From Squalus acanthias (Eukaryota), in the NCBI GenBank assembly GCA_030390025.1, contig CM059431.1:99946001-100010000 (forward strand): a DNA stretch of 64,000 nucleotides, written 5' to 3'. The first letter of the stretch is position 1. Each line of letters begins with the position of its first letter. This document shows positions 35,365 to 49,160 of the stretch, in pieces. The position numbers and the translations under genes are program-made. The notes under the pieces were generated by a model. That model was not told the origin of the DNA, did no database searches, and worked only from the letters and a program-made list of their open reading frames with translations.

Positions 35365-36965
35365 AACAACAACGTGTATTTATATAGCGCCTTTAACGCA
35401 GTAAAACATCCCAAGGCGCTGCACAGGTGTGTTATCAGCCAAAAATTTTGACACCGATCCACATAAGGATAAATTAGGGCAGGTGACCAAAAGCTTGGTC
35501 AAAGAGGTAGGTTTTAAGGAGCGTCTTAAAGGAGGAAAGAGAGGTAGCAAGGTGGAGAGGTTTAGGGAGGGAATTCCAGAGCTTAGGGCCTCGGCAAATG
35601 AAGGCACGGCCACCAATGGTTGAGCGATTATAATCAGGGATGCTCGAGGGCAGAATTAGAGGAGCGCAGCTATCTCGGGGGGTTTGTGGGTCTGAAGGAG
35701 GTTACAGAGATAGGGAGGGGCGAGGTCATGGAGGGATTTGAAAACAAGGATGAGAATTTTGAAATCGAGGCGTTGCTTAACCGGGAGCCAATGTAGGTCA
35801 GCGAGCACAGGGGTGAGGGGTGAACGGGACTTGGTGCGAGTTAGGACACGGGCAGCCAAGCTTTGGATCACCTCAAGTTTACGTAGGGTGGAATGTGGGA
35901 GGCCAGCCAGGAGTGTGTTGGAATAGTCAAGTCTAGAGGTAACAAAGGCATGGATGAGGGTTTCAGCAGCGGATGAGCTGAGGCAAGGGCGGAGACGGGC
36001 GGTGTTACGGAGGTGGAAATAGGCGGTCTTAGTTATGCTGCGGATATGTGGTCAGAAGCTCATTTCAGGGTCAAATATGACACCAAGGTTGTGAACAGTG
36101 TGGTTCAGCCTCAGACAGATGTTAGGGAGAGGGATGGAGTCAGTGGCTAGGGAACAGAGTTTGTGGCGGGGACCGAAAACAATGGCTTCGGTCTTCCCAA
36201 TATTAAATTGGAGAAAATTTCTGCTCATCCAGAACTGGATGTCAGACAAGCAGTCTGACAATTTAGAGACAGTGGAGGGGTCAAAGAGAAGTGGTGGTGA
36301 GGTAGAGCTGGGTGTCGTCAGCGTACATGTGGAAACTGACGCTGTGTTTTTGGATGATGTCGCCAAGGGGCAACATGTAGATGAGAAATAGGAGGGGGCC
36401 AAGGATAGATCCTTGGGGGACACCAGAGGTAATGATGCGGGAGCAGGAAGAGAAGCCATTGCAAGTGATTCTCTGGCTGTGATTAGATAGATAAGAATGG
36501 AACCAGGCGAGTGCAGTCCCACCCAGCTGGACGACGGTGGAGAGGCGTTGGAGAAGGATGGAGTGGTCAACCGTGTCAAAGGCTGCAGACAGGTCAAGAA
36601 GGACGAGGAGGGATAGTTTACCTTTGTCACAGTCACAAAGGATGTCATTTGTGACTTTGATGAGAGCCGTTTCGGTACTGTGGCAAGGGCGGAAACCTGA
36701 TTGGAGGGATTCAAACATGGAATTGCAGGAAAGATGGGCACGGATTTGGGAGGCGGCAACACGTTCAAGGACTTTGGAGAGGAAAGGGAGGTTGGAGATG
36801 GGACGGTAGTTTGCAAGGACGGAGGGATCAAGGGCTGGTTTTTTGAGGAGAGGGGTGATGACGGCAGATTTGAGGGAGAGGGGGACAGTGCCTGAGGAGA
36901 GAGAACCGTTAACAATGTCAGCTAACATGGGAGGTAGAAAAGGAAGTTGGGTGGTCAGCAGTTTG
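35365..36965 (-). mobile_element. 5'-truncated L2 LINE, RT domain with one frameshift near 36285
   Basis: [61 protein letters not shown]; (ttg)n tail. Confidence 0.93.
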
Positions 36966-37261
36966 GTATCTAGCATGAAAGCTCTCTGTATCACACATAC
37001 CAACAAGTGTTTACAATCAGTGATTTAAGGATGCTTTTCTCCAACATTGATGGGGACCTCGGTCTAATTCTCATCACTGCTTTGTTTTTTTTAAATTTTT
37101 CCTTGTCTCTGCAATCTCTCTCTCTCTTCCAGATTCTTTCTCTCCTCTTTGAAGGCCTCTATTTTTCTTGAAATTGATTGTCTTCCTTCTCCCTGCTCAG
37201 GATAATTTATAGATTATAATGTAATTTAGAGAATTATAAAGTGCGTTTGTTGCTAGTATCA

Positions 37262-37853
37262 GTTGAGTAGAATGGGCCTATACTCTCTGGAGTTTAGAAG
37301 AATGAGAGGCAATCTCATTGAAGCATATAAGATTCTGAGGGGACACAGTTCTGACGAAGGGTCATCGACCTGAACCGTTGACTCTGCTTCTCTCTCCACA
37401 GATGTTGCCTGACTTGCTGAGTATTTCCAGCATTTTCTGTTTTTATTTCAGATTTCCAGCATCCGCAGTATTTTGCTTTTATATTCTGATTCTGAGGGGG
37501 ATTGACAGGGTAGATGCTGAGAGGAAGTTTCCCCTGGCTGGAGAGTCTAGAACTCGGGGTCACAGTCTCAGGATAAGGGGTCGGCCATTTAGGACTGAGA
37601 TAGGAGAAATTTCTTCACTCAGAGGGTGGTGAATCTTTGGAATTCTCTGCCCCAGAGGGCTGTGCATGCTGAGTCGTTGAGTATATTCAAGACAGAGATC
37701 AATAGATTTTTGGACTCTCGGGGAATCAAGGGATATGGAGATCGGGTGGGAAAGTGGAGTTGAGGTCGAAGATCAGCCATGATCTTACTGAATGGCGGAG
37801 CAGGCTCGAAGGGCCGAATGGCCGACTCCTGCTCCTAATTCTTATGTTCTTAT
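37262..37853 (+). mobile_element. CR1 3' fragment with nested Penelope pLTR piece (about 37345-37483)
   Basis: gattctgagggg is repeated on both sides of the insert. Confidence 0.75.
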
Positions 37854-38479
37854 GAGACAAGTGGAAGTGAGGAGTTTCTGAGCCTGAAGACTTGGAGAGT
37901 TTCACGAGCAATTTCTGTAGCTAGGAATGACTTTGTTGCAGCCTTTGTTGTTGCATCTCACTGCTTCTGACAGTGCAAGACCACCAGGAGATTTTTTACC
38001 TTCCCCACCCCCGAACTCCCCACCGACAATATCGTCAGAGGAGGAGAAAGAGCAACACAAGATGGAGCAAATGAGAATCATAGAATGGTTACAGCACAGA
38101 AGGAGGCCATTCAGCCTGTCGAGCCCGTGCCAGCTCTCTGCAAGAGAACTTCAGCTAGTCCCACTCCCCCGCCCTTTCCCCGTAGCCCTGCAAATGTTTT
38201 TCCTTCAGGTACTTATCCAATTCCCTTTTGAAAGTCATGATTGAATCTGCCTCCACCACCCTCTCAGGCAGCGCATTCCAGATCCTAACCACTCGCTGCG
38301 TAAAAAGGTTTTTCCTCATGTCGCCTTTGGTTCTTCTGCCAATCACCTTAAATCTGTGACCTCTGGTTCTTGACCCTTCCTCCAGGCAGGGTCGAGTCAG
38401 GCAGCACTTAAGAAGATCGCACCATACCAGGTATTACCTCATCCCCAAAGAATAAACAGGCAAGACAGGTCAAAGGAGC

Positions 38480-39955
38480 ATCTTAGTGAGATTTGTACAC
38501 AAATCTTTGAAGGTGGCAGGACAAGTTGAGAAGGCTGTTAAAAAAGCACACGGGATCTTTGGCTTTATAAACAGAGGCATAGGGCTGGATTTTGATACTG
38601 GGGCGGGTTGGGGTCGTGTTATCCATCCGACTGCAATTGGATGTGGGAGATTGATGCAATTTTCACCTAATTGGGCAATTGAGTTCCAGCATGTGGGAAC
38701 CCATGAACTAATTAGTGTTTTCAGTCTGAAAGTCGCCTCTGATGATGTCATCATTGCTGCTGCATTGAAGGTCTGCAAAGACTGCCTGGCCTTTGCTGTG
38801 AGAGGACCTGAATGCAAAATGAGCAGCAGCCTTAAGTCTGCTCCCAGATATTTTTACACCACCACTCCCAGATATGTCTCCTCCCCATATCTATCTATCC
38901 ATCCATCCATCCAGCCAGATGTGCTCCCGCCAGGTTTCACATTCGTGGTTCAGAACAGGCGTGCTTCACGTAGAAAAAGGGTTAAAATCACAAAGGCCTT
39001 TCAAAATGGCATTATAGAGGCAATTTAGTGCTTGTTAAGGGCCTTAACAGCCTATCCCACCTCTTGGAGGCGGGACGAAGTCGGGACCAGCAAACACGAT
39101 TTAATGAAAATTGCGTGGAGGCAGGCTTGTGCCCGCCCGCCAGTTTTCGCAATTTTAACCCCCCACACGCCTCCAAACCCACCTCCACGGGTCAATGAAA
39201 ATTCAGCCCATAGAGTACAAAAGCAAATAAGTTGACATGAATCTTGTATGAAGTAATACTGGGCGGCCTGCTGGTGGCGCTGTCCAGGGAGAGTATAAAT
39301 ACTCAGGCATGGGCCCAGCTTGCTTAGGACATTCTTCAACAGGAACTAGTGAAGGACACAACTAGATCGGCATGCTAAACCTTTATAAAACACTGGTTAG
39401 GCCTCAGCTGGAGTATTGTGTCCAATTCTGGACACCACCACTTTAGGAAGGATGTCAAGACCTTGGAGAGGGTGCAGAGGAGATTGACCAGAATGGTACC
39501 AGGGATGAGGGACTTCAGTTACGTGGCGAGACTGGAGAAGCTGGGATTGTTCTCCTTGGAGCAGAGAAGGTTAAGAGGAGATTTAATAGAGGTGTTCAAA
39601 ATCATAAGGGGCCTAGACAGAGTAAATAAGGAGAAACTGTTTCCAGTGGCAGGAGGGTCGGTAACCAGAGGACACAGATTGAAGATAATTGGTAAAAGAA
39701 CCAGAGGGGAGATGAGGAGAATTTTTTTTACGCAGTGAGTTGTTGTGATCTGGAATGCGCTGCCTGAAAGGGCGGTGGAAGCAGATTCAATAATAACTTT
39801 CAAAGGGGAATTGGAAAAATACTTGAAGAAAAAAATTTGCAGGGCTCTGGGGACAGAACAGGGGGGAGTGGGACTAATTGGAGAGCTCTTTCAAAGAGCC
39901 GGCACAGGCACGATGGGCCGAATGGCCTCCTTCTGTGGTGTATGATTCTATGACT
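38480..39955 (+). mobile_element. CR1 3' fragment split by insertions
   Basis: VHKSLKVAGQVEKAVKKA.GI.GFINRGI|EYKS, then LERVQRR.TRMVPG to the 3' tail. Confidence 0.8.
38582..39209. mobile_element. Harbinger-type MITE
   Basis: TIR gggctggatttt / aaaattcagccc; TSD ATA; cleanly interrupts the CR1 frame. Confidence 0.85.
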
Positions 39956-40784
39956 CTCTGTGTATAGTAAGAGCACGCTTCACTAAGGCGGCAATAGGGC
40001 AGCTGAGCCATGAGTATCTACAGTAAACGTCAATTGTCCACGCTGTCTGCGGCTATGAAGGCGACCACCGCACTCAACTTTTATGGTACAGGCTCATTTC
40101 AGGGAGGCTCAGGGGCTGTCTGTAATTCGCAGGACACGGCCATGCATTCAACAGAGGGCTGACGCACTGTTGAACTAACCGCATATCTTTTCAAAAAAAC
40201 ATGTTGCATACTGCTGTACAAATGATTTATAGTAAGGCAGAGAAACGCAACTTAAATGTAAATTATAAATCAAATATAGACATTTTTTAAAAATAACTTA
40301 CGGATAGGGATGGAAGCAGGAATGAGGATGATATGAGTTACAGGTGAGACAGGACTGAAATCAACCACTTACAAATCAAGCAAGGGTGAAATATTACTCG
40401 AAATCGTAATGTATAAAAGTAGGATGTGAACAGAGTTATAAATCACATACAAGCACAACGAAAATCAAAATCGGAACCACATACCGTCAAAGGCTGACTT
40501 GCATCCTAATGTGATTCTTTTTTCCATTTGTCTTACAGCTATTTCATCGAGGCAGCTCGAGATGTCACACCTCATTTATCCTGGGCTTTAGGGAGACTAC
40601 GCTAGCACAGATTCCTCAGGGAATATAGGTCAGGGTGCCAGTCAGAGCTAATCCCCTCCTCACTTCAATTAGTACATTAGGATCATTCATCAGGACAGGC
40701 AGAGGTCTCAGCTTAATTACTGAGTGTCCAGAAAGATCAAACTAATGAGATTCTAATTTAAAACAAGAAGCTGTTGAAAACATT

Positions 40785-41568
40785 GGGCCAAATATCTTGC
40801 TGGCGTGGGGCATCTTGCAGCATGCATGGTTAGTTAGATATTTTTTCCCTCCAGCTTGAAGATTCTTTTGCTCTGTAACTCGCTGGGAGTGCGAGCTGAT
40901 AACGGGGCGGCGAGGGCAACAGGGCATCTGGGACCTCGGTGAACGACGGGACCAACAGTCTATCCCCTTAACCCATGAGATTAAAGGATTGAGAAAGAAA
41001 CAGAGGAACGACGGAGAAGGAAATCGGGTGAATTAGAGTCAAATCAGGTACAGAAAGAGAAAGAAAGAGAGGGAAAGAAAGATTGGATTAAGAGAGAGAG
41101 AGAAAAGAGACAGAAAGGAATAGTAAGAAAAAAAAATGTGAAAGTTTGACATTTTAAAAATCTCCAATAACAATTTACTACCTGCAGGAATGAGAGTCCA
41201 CAGTTTAAATTGTTCAATTTCTGGGCCAGCGAGGTTGATTGGCATCGCATTGAGAATTATCATGGAGTTAAAAGGGTTCTTATGCTGTTAATTACCAGCC
41301 CTAACTTTCTGCGGCGAGTTTAATGGGCAATTGATGTGTAAATCCAGCAAGTTGTTAAAAATACCGGGGAGGCTGAGGGCGAGATGCCGTTTGTGTGAAT
41401 CAAACAGCGGAGCGACGTAAATCGAGCAGCGCGTTCTGGAGATTCGCGACTCCCAGCGTACCTCCCCATCCCCTGAACTCGCTGGCTGATTTGTCCATTA
41501 ATAACCGTGTGCGGCGTGAACACACTGTTATTGTTCCAGCACGATTCGGCCTGTAATTTTTTAGGCCC
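40785..41568. mobile_element. Family B non-autonomous DNA transposon
   Basis: gggcc...ggccc ends; collinear with 14670-15421. Confidence 0.7.
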
Positions 41569-41716
41569 ACCAGCCAAGGTTTATCTACAGCCTTGTAAGT
41601 ATGAGCCCCAAAATATAGAAATTTACTTCCTTTTAACCCAGAATTTGCCCCATTATTTTAAGGAACGACAGACTCCATCTTTCCACAGCTTGGTACAAAT
41701 TTCTGCTTGGGCCCAA

Positions 41717-42800
41717 TTTTTTTTGTATTCGTTCATGGGATGTGGGCGTCGCTGGCAAGGCCCAGCATTTATTGCACATCCCTAATTGCCCTCGAGAAGG
41801 TGGTGGTGAGCCGTCTTCTTGAACCGCTGCAGTCCGTGTGGCGAAGGTGCTCCCACAGTGCTGTTAGGGAGGGAGTTCCAGGATTTTGACCCAGTGACGA
41901 TGAAGGATCAGTGATATACTTCTAAGTCAGGATGGTGTGTGACTTGGAGGGGAACTTGGAGGTGGTGGTGTTCCCATGCACCTGCTGCCCTTGTCCTTCT
42001 AGGTGGAAGAGGTTGCGGGTTTGGGAGGTGCTGCTGAAGAAGCCTTGGCGAGTTGCTGCAGTGCATCTTGTAGATGGTACACACTGCAGCCACGGTGCGC
42101 CGGTGGTGGAGGGGGGGAATGTTTAAGGTGGTGGATGGGGTGCCAATCAAGCGGGTTGCTTTGTCCTGGATGGTGTCGAGCTTCTTGAGTGTTGTTGGAG
42201 CTGCACTCATCCAGGCAAGTGGAGAGTATTCCATCACACTCCTTACTTTTGTCTTGTAGATGGTGAAAAGGCTTTGGGGAGTCAGGAGGTGAGACACTCA
42301 CCGCAGAATACCTAGCCTCTGACCTGCTGTTGTTGCCACAGTATTTATGTGGCTGGTCCAGTTAAGTTTCTGGTCAATGGTGACCCCCAGGATGTTGATA
42401 GTGGGGGATTCGGCGATGGTAATACCATTGAATGTCAAGGGGTGGTGGTTAGACTCTCACTTGTTGGAGATAGTCATTGCCTGGCACTTCTGTGGCGCGA
42501 ATGTTACCTGCCACTTATCAGCCCAAGCCTGAACGTCGTCCAGGTCTTATTGCATGCGGGCATGGACTGCTTCATTATCTGAAGAGTTGCGAATGGCACT
42601 GAACACTGTGCAGTCATCAGCGAACATCCCCATTTCTGACCTTATGTTGGAGGGAAGGTCATTGATGAAGCAGCTGAAGATGGTTGGGCCTAGGACACTA
42701 CCCTGAGGAACTCCTGCAGCGATGTCCTGGGGCTGTGATGATTGACCTCCAACCACCACAACCGTCTTCCATTGTGCTCGGTATGACTCCAGCCAGTGGA
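41717..42800 (-). mobile_element. Second-family CR1-group LINE, 3' portion
   Basis: GVPQGSVLGPTIFSCFINDL, MFADDCTVF; homologous to 5445-6356. Confidence 0.88.
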
Positions 42801-42888
42801 GAGTATAGTGCAAGTTTCAGGTTCCGAAGGACTGGGAGCCACGTGGTTTAGAATAGTGTCCTTTCATCTCTGGGCCATGGGTTTAAAT

Positions 42889-43270
42889 GGGATACGGTGG
42901 TGTAGTGGTCATGTTACTGGGCCAATCATCTCAGAGAATGAGAGTTCAAATCCCACCACGGCAGTTTGAGAATCTGATCTCAGTTTTAAAAATTGAAAAT
43001 TAAAAAGCATGTATTAAGGAAAAGTGACCATGAAGCTGTCGGACTGCTGTAAAAACCCAACTGGTTCACCAATCTCCTTCAGGGAAAGAAACCTGCCGTC
43101 CTTACCCGGTCTGGGCCTATTTGTGACTCCAGTCCCGCACCAACGTGGTTGACTTTTAACTGCCCTCTAAAGTGGCCGAGCGAGTCACTCACTCGAGGGC
43201 AACTCGGGACGGGCAATAAATGCCGGCCTTGCCAACGACGCCCACATCCCGAGAATGAGGTTTTTTTTTA
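42889..43270 (+). mobile_element. tRNA-headed SINE sharing body and tail with the second-family LINE
   Basis: A-box tggtgtagtgg, B-box gagttcaaatccc, tail gggcaataaatgccggccttgcc...cacatccc; second copy at 61037-61395. Confidence 0.75.
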
Positions 43271-43649
43271 ATAAAACGACCCCATTATCCTCTCACTGCT
43301 GACTGTCGGGGGCAAAATGAATTTGAGCAATTTCATTCATGGTTCTAACAGGCAAAGCAGTAAAGAGCGAATTCTGTTAACAACAGAGAAAAGAATAAAA
43401 GAAAGCGTGAGAGAAACACAAAATTAAAAAAAAGAGAAAAGCTTGATCAAAATGGAGGCACGGCACTGTGGTGCAGTGAGCTGAACAGCAGGACATAGAT
43501 TTCCACCAAGGTTCCTCGCGCGGTGATTATCGAGTGACGAGACGGTGCAGAATGGTTGCAAGGCCATTTCCCAGAGGGATGGAGCATGATCGGATGGAGA
43601 GTCACATTGGGCAGATCCTGTGTGCCTCTAAGTAAGCAGTTACAGAGTA

Positions 43650-44300
43650 ACATTGGGGAGACCAAACGTCAGATTGGGTGACCGCTTTGCGGAACACCTC
43701 CGTTCAGTCCGTAAGGGTGACCCCGAGCTTCCGGTCGCTTGTCACTTTAATTCACCGCTCCACTCCCACTCAGACCTCACCGTCCTCGGCCTCTTGCATT
43801 GTTCCACTGAAGCTCAACGGAAGCTCGAGGAACAGCACCTCATCTTTCGATTAGGCACTTTACAGCCTTCTGGACTCAACATCGAGTTCAACAATTTCAG
43901 ATCATAACCTCGGCCCCTATCATATATATATTTTTTATCCACACCTTTTGTTTGTGTTTTCTTTTCTTCTCTCCCACATGGCAGCTGTCTTTCATTCTGC
44001 CAGCGCAATTTACACTTCATCTAGAGCCATCCTTTGTTTCTTAACCTGTCCCATTACCATCTCCTTTTGCCTTGAATATCTCTTAACCTCTCCTGCCTTC
44101 TATCCTATCACAGACCTTCCCTTTTGTTCTTTCATCTCCTCCCCCCTTTCCCAGCCCCTGCACTTGCTTAAAAATCTGTTCCATTTCCTGCTTTTTTCCA
44201 GTTCTGACGAAGGGTCATCGACCTGAAACGTTAACTCTGTTTCTCTCTTCACAGATGCTGCCTGACCTGCTGAGTATCTCCAACATTTTCTGTTTTTATT
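43650..44300 (+). mobile_element. Penelope-like element: GIY-YIG endonuclease C-terminal part plus pLTR
   Basis: (IGETKR)..GDRFAEH...PVACHFN...H...RKLEEQHLIFRLGTLQPSGLN. Confidence 0.88.
44200..44236 (+). ncRNA. Minimal type I hammerhead ribozyme (intact core)
   Basis: AGTT-CTGACGA-AGGGTC-ATC-GACCT-GAAA-CG-TT-AACT. Confidence 0.75.
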
Positions 44301-45044
44301 TTAGTTACAGAGTAATGCTGGGAGAAGACCAGGTGCTTCTGTCCAGCCTATGCTGTGACAGATGGGGCTGAGCGAACGCTGGGGAAGGTGCTTGACACGA
44401 TAACAATTCCTCACTCCCAACAAGGAGCCACACTAGTAGCCCTGCCTCCTACTTGCACTATCTTGAGTGTGTGTGGGATCAATGACGTTACCCTTCTATG
44501 GCGAGAAGGTTCGAATATCGAATCATACAGCACAGAAGGAGGCCATTCGGCACCTTGAACGAGCTCTCCAATTAGTCCCACTCCCCCCTGCACTTTCCCC
44601 AGAGCCCTGCAAATTTCTCCTTATCTAGTATTTATCCAATTCCCCTTTTGTACATTATTATTGAATCTGCTTCCACCGCCCTTTCAGAATATAAGAAGTT
44701 AATCCATAGGGAAAAAATATCAACTTCAAAAAGTAAAAGAATAAAAAGAGTAGGAGATAACTAAGTTAGAAGGATTGATTTCTTCAATGTGACGTTTATT
44801 GAAAAGGCAGCAGAAAACTGAAAATGCTTCACAGCGAATTTTTAAAAATCTGAAGTTTTACTAATGTTTTAAATATCGGGCAATTCTAACTTCGAGTACT
44901 TCCTAGTAGCCGATATGTTTGCTGGGGTAACGCTCCTTACGTGACAGCAGTGCTATGACGTTTTTTCTAAAGGTGCATGCTGTGAAATAAGTGACACAAG
45001 TATAAAAGATGTAAATAAAGCTAAAGAATCAAAAAAAAGACGTT

Positions 45045-45835
45045 GGCTCGGAAATTGCAGTCAGCGGTGAAGCAAAGGCGTTCGCTGCCGGCCCCTGAAG
45101 AAAGCTGCCCACAGATCCCGCGATCTCTGTGGCGAGAAGTTTGCCTTTATCGACGTGTAAGAGATTTCGGTGCAATATAATGGGGAATCCCTAATGCCAG
45201 CTGCTGTGACGTCAACCAGCTGCCTAAGCAGCCAATCACAATGCAGAATTCTCACAGACAGGGGAAGCAGGAAATGAAGAAGCTCCTTTTTATTCAAACT
45301 TTTTAAAAATGTTACAGAGAGCAAAACAAAGATTGGGGCTCTCACACGGGGATAAGGTAGAGCCTGAAATAATCATGAACAAAGTTTTAAAAAATCTAAA
45401 AAAAACAATTTTTAAAAACTTAAAAATTGTAATTTTTATCATAATGGAGAAATTTGACAATCCACAAAATTAAAATTCGTTTTTCAGGGCCAGAACAAGG
45501 CCTAACATTAATACAAAAGTTATGACGAAGGATCATCGACCTGAAACGTTAACTCTGTTTCTCTCTCTCTACAGATGCTGCCTGACCTGCTGAGTGTTTC
45601 CAGCATTTTCTGTTTTTATTTAAGGCGTAACATTTAATGGGGTATTTAACAGCGATATTACCGCGGAAAAGCCCGAGTTTTCGTCAGTTTGACTGATTGC
45701 CGGCTATGGGGGGTCAGGGGAGTCCACAGCGCAGCCAGTGTCCTACATCCTGAAGTCGCGGTCAGTTTCATAGGGGTAATAACAGCGAACGCTGGAAGTT
45801 TGCAGTCATTACCCTCCGTAAATCCCAACCCAATT
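45045..45835. mobile_element. Probable non-autonomous DNA transposon with nested pLTR fragment (45518-45620)
   Basis: GC-rich ends and AT-rich centre like the other MITEs; termini degenerate. Confidence 0.4.
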
Positions 45836-46159
45836 TATTTTTTAAAAATTGTGATGTAATTTAAGACATCTCCTTTCACAGACCACATGCACAACTTGCC
45901 TTATAGATTGCTTTGAACTTTCCTTGAGGGGAAGGTCTTGAAATATTTCTCTCTACCTGCCCAAAAAATAATTGAGCAAAGCACCAGAACATCTATTTAA
46001 CCTTACAACCTATATCATTCATTTTGTCAATCGCTTTCCATGGCATATTTTCATAGTTCCAGCAACACAGGTCCATAGAGTACTTAATCATCTTTGTCAG
46101 CAAGCATGTATGGACTTTGATAGCCTTTTCTTGTTCTGGATAAATAAGCTTAAACTTCA

Positions 46160-46612
46160 AGAAAGAACTTGCGCATTTCACGACCTCAGGACGTCCCAAA
46201 ACGCTTCACAGCCAATGAAGTACTTTTTGAAGTGTAGTCACTGTTGTAATGTGGGAAACGCAGCAGCCAATTTTCGCACAGCAAGCTCCCACAAACAGCA
46301 ATGTGATAATGACCAGATAATTTGTTTTTAGTGATGTTGGTTGAGGGATAAATATTGGCCCCAGGACACCGGGGAGAACTCCCCTGCTCTTCTTCGAAAT
46401 AGTGCCATGGGATCTTTTATGTCCAGCTGAGGGAGCAGACGGGGCCTTGGTTTAACGTCTCATCTGAAAGACGACACCTCTGACAGTGCAGCACTCCCTC
46501 AGCACTGCACTGGGAGTGTCAGCCTAGATTTTGTGCTCGAGTCTCTGGAGTGGGACTTGAACCCACAACCTTCTGACTCAGAGGCGAGAATGCTGCCCAC
46601 TGAGCCACGGCT
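46160..46612 (-). mobile_element. Full-length DeuSINE (SacSINE1-like)
   Basis: Minus strand gtggctcagtgg (A-box), gggttcaagtccc (B-box), Deu-like core, tail. Confidence 0.85.
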
Positions 46613-47705
46613 TATCCTACTCAGAGTACGCCAACATACTGACCGCAAATTCTGCTCCATATTACAACATCTGGACTGTGGTTGTGCCCTAAACCTCTCC
46701 GCCTCGCTACCTCTCTCTCTTTCTTTAAGACGCTCCTTAAAACCGACCTCTTTGACCAAGCTTTTGGTCACCTGTTCTAATGTCCCTTTATGTGGCTCAG
46801 TGTCAAATTTTGTTTGATAATCGCTCCTGTGAAGCGCCTTGGGACATTTTACTACGATAAAGGTGCTATATTAATGCAAGTAGTTGTTGTTTATGTTGCT
46901 GACCAACACTTGCCAAGAGGTGATCTGCTAACACTTGAAGGGAGTCCAAAGCTAGGGGATAAGATAGTCACCAATAAATCCAACAGGGAATTTCTTCACC
47001 CAGAGAGTGGTGAGAATGAGGAACTCGCTACCACAGGGAGTGGTTGAGGCGAATAGCAAAGACGCATTTAAGGGGAAGCTGGATAAACACATGAGGGAGA
47101 AAGGAATAGAAGGAGATGCTGATGGGGTGAGATGAAGAGGGGTGGGAGGAGGCTCGTGTGGAGCATAAACACCGGCACGGAGCAGTTGGGCCGAATGGCC
47201 TGTTTCTGTGCTGTACATTCTTTGTACTCCTAACAAGATATTTGAATCTTTTAATGTTTGACTCAATAGACAAAAACTGATGCTGGCCACTTATGTATCT
47301 ATATAGAAAGTTATTGTATAAATAGTTGGAGCTTGTATTATTTTGGGTTATAAAGAGGAATCTGCATTAGCAGCCCGGGGATTAAAGTGAATGGAGTGTC
47401 AAGAGGGTTCTGTATTTCCAGTGCTTCTGTAGCTTTGCGCTGAAGTGATTCAAAAAATCGATCGAACTAAATATTCGAGCATGAAAGAAAAAGGGATCCA
47501 TATTTCACAATACGATGGATATTGTGTAGTTACTTAAAATGTATCTTCTGGCGGCATGCGTTTCATTTCAGGAACATATTTGACCTTCAATCCTATCAAT
47601 CTCAGATTTGAAATTTTCAATTGACTGAAAGTACTCAAACTAGGCTTTTAAACAAATGACACCAACATTTCTGAGAAGACTGTTACTGTTTATGAGAGTT
47701 ACACC

Positions 47706-48081
47706 TTGGGGCCGCCAACTCTGGTTGGTCATATTCCTGGAGGTTTCATCACATGACCTCCCACCTCCAACCGGCCCGCCCCCCCCCCCCACTCCCGCCA
47801 TTGGTTGGCCGACACGTCCACCCTCGCGGCGCCCCGCCCTCCCCACGGCCAATCGGAAACCCAACAGGCTCTTCATGACTCGATTGGATGAACCTTGCTG
47901 TCTCCCATTGCCAAATACTTTTGAGACTAATAAATAAAAACCTGTTCGAAGAAAATGAAAAAAAGCAGCACCTTTTAGGTGTTAGATGTTTCGCCCTGGG
48001 GTGTTGCAGGCGGCCGTGTCCTGGAGATTAATCGTTAATTCCTGGAGACTCCAGGCCAGTCCTGGAAGGTCGGCAACCCTC
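47706..48081. mobile_element. Probable MITE (degenerate gggttgccaac-type termini); related split copy at 59751-60020 and 60950-61000
   Basis: Shared tattcctggag and ccattggttggcc blocks; end ggcaaccct. Confidence 0.5.
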
Positions 48082-48449
48082 GCCACGGGGCACAACATGA
48101 CTTTCTGCTTGTTATGAGCTGCGGCCAATGTAGGCCATGAAAAGGGGGAACGGTTGGCTTTGTGGTAACTAACGTATTATTTTTCCGACTTTGAAAACTG
48201 CTGCTGCTGCACTAATTTTCAAAAATAATACAGACATATGATTTCATGCATCATTTCAGAAACTACACATCTGGATGTAGCTTTGAGCTTGTTGGTCTTG
48301 GCATCATATCACGGAACAATGGAAACCAAATTACAAAAATGTGCAGTTGGAAAGCCTTTCGCAGTTGCCTTTCCCCCAACTCCCCCCCCCCCCCCATTTC
48401 TTTACTACTCCTGCAGCACATTTTATATACAATATATTAAAAAAACAAT

Positions 48450-49160
48450 ATAGAGACACTGGAGAAGATGCCATTATTTTATTACAACAATGATACCAGA
48501 ACTGAGAGGTCACAACTATCAAGAAAGGTTGAACAGGCTGGGCCTCTTTTCTCTAGAAAAGAGAAGGCTGAGGGGTTTAATAGGGTAGACGTAGAGAAGA
48601 TGTTTCCACTTGTGGGGAGGCCAAAACTAGGGGCCTTAAATATAAGATAGTCACCAATAAATCCAATCGGGAATTCAGGAGAAGCTTCTTTACCCAGAGA
48701 GTGGTGAGAATGTGGAACTCGCTCCCACAGGGAGTGGGTGAGGCCAATAGCACAGATGTATTTAAGGGGAGGCACATGAGGGAGAAAGGAATAGAAGGAT
48801 CTGTTGATAGGGTGAGATGAAGAAGGGTGGGAGGAGGCTCGTGTGGGGCAGAAACACCGGCACGGACCAGTTGGACCGAATGGCCTGTTTCTGTGCTGTG
48901 GAAACATCTTCTCTACATCTACCCTATCGAACACCTTCATAATTTTAAAGACTTCAATCAGGTCACCCCTCGGCCTTCTCTTTTCCAGAGAAAAGAGCCC
49001 CCCCCCAGCCTGTTCAGTCTTTCCTGATAGTTGTAGCCTCTCAGATCTGGCATCCTCCTTGTAAATCCCATTTGCACCATCTCCAGTGCCTCTTTATCCT
49101 TCTTGTAATATGGAGACCAGAACTGTTCACAGTGCTCTGAGTGTGGTCTAACCAATGGTT
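48450..49160. mobile_element. Two CR1 3' fragments in inverted orientation (48450-48900 +, 48900-49160 -)
   Basis: DRVDVEKMFP is encoded on both strands. Confidence 0.75.

Noticed and set aside
40500..40640. Plus-strand acceptor-like ttttttccatttgtcttacag
   Set aside because: No recognisable coding sequence or convincing donor follows.
46540..46612. tRNA gene
   Set aside because: The A/B boxes belong to a SINE head that continues into the SINE body; same for 28350, 42889 and 61037.
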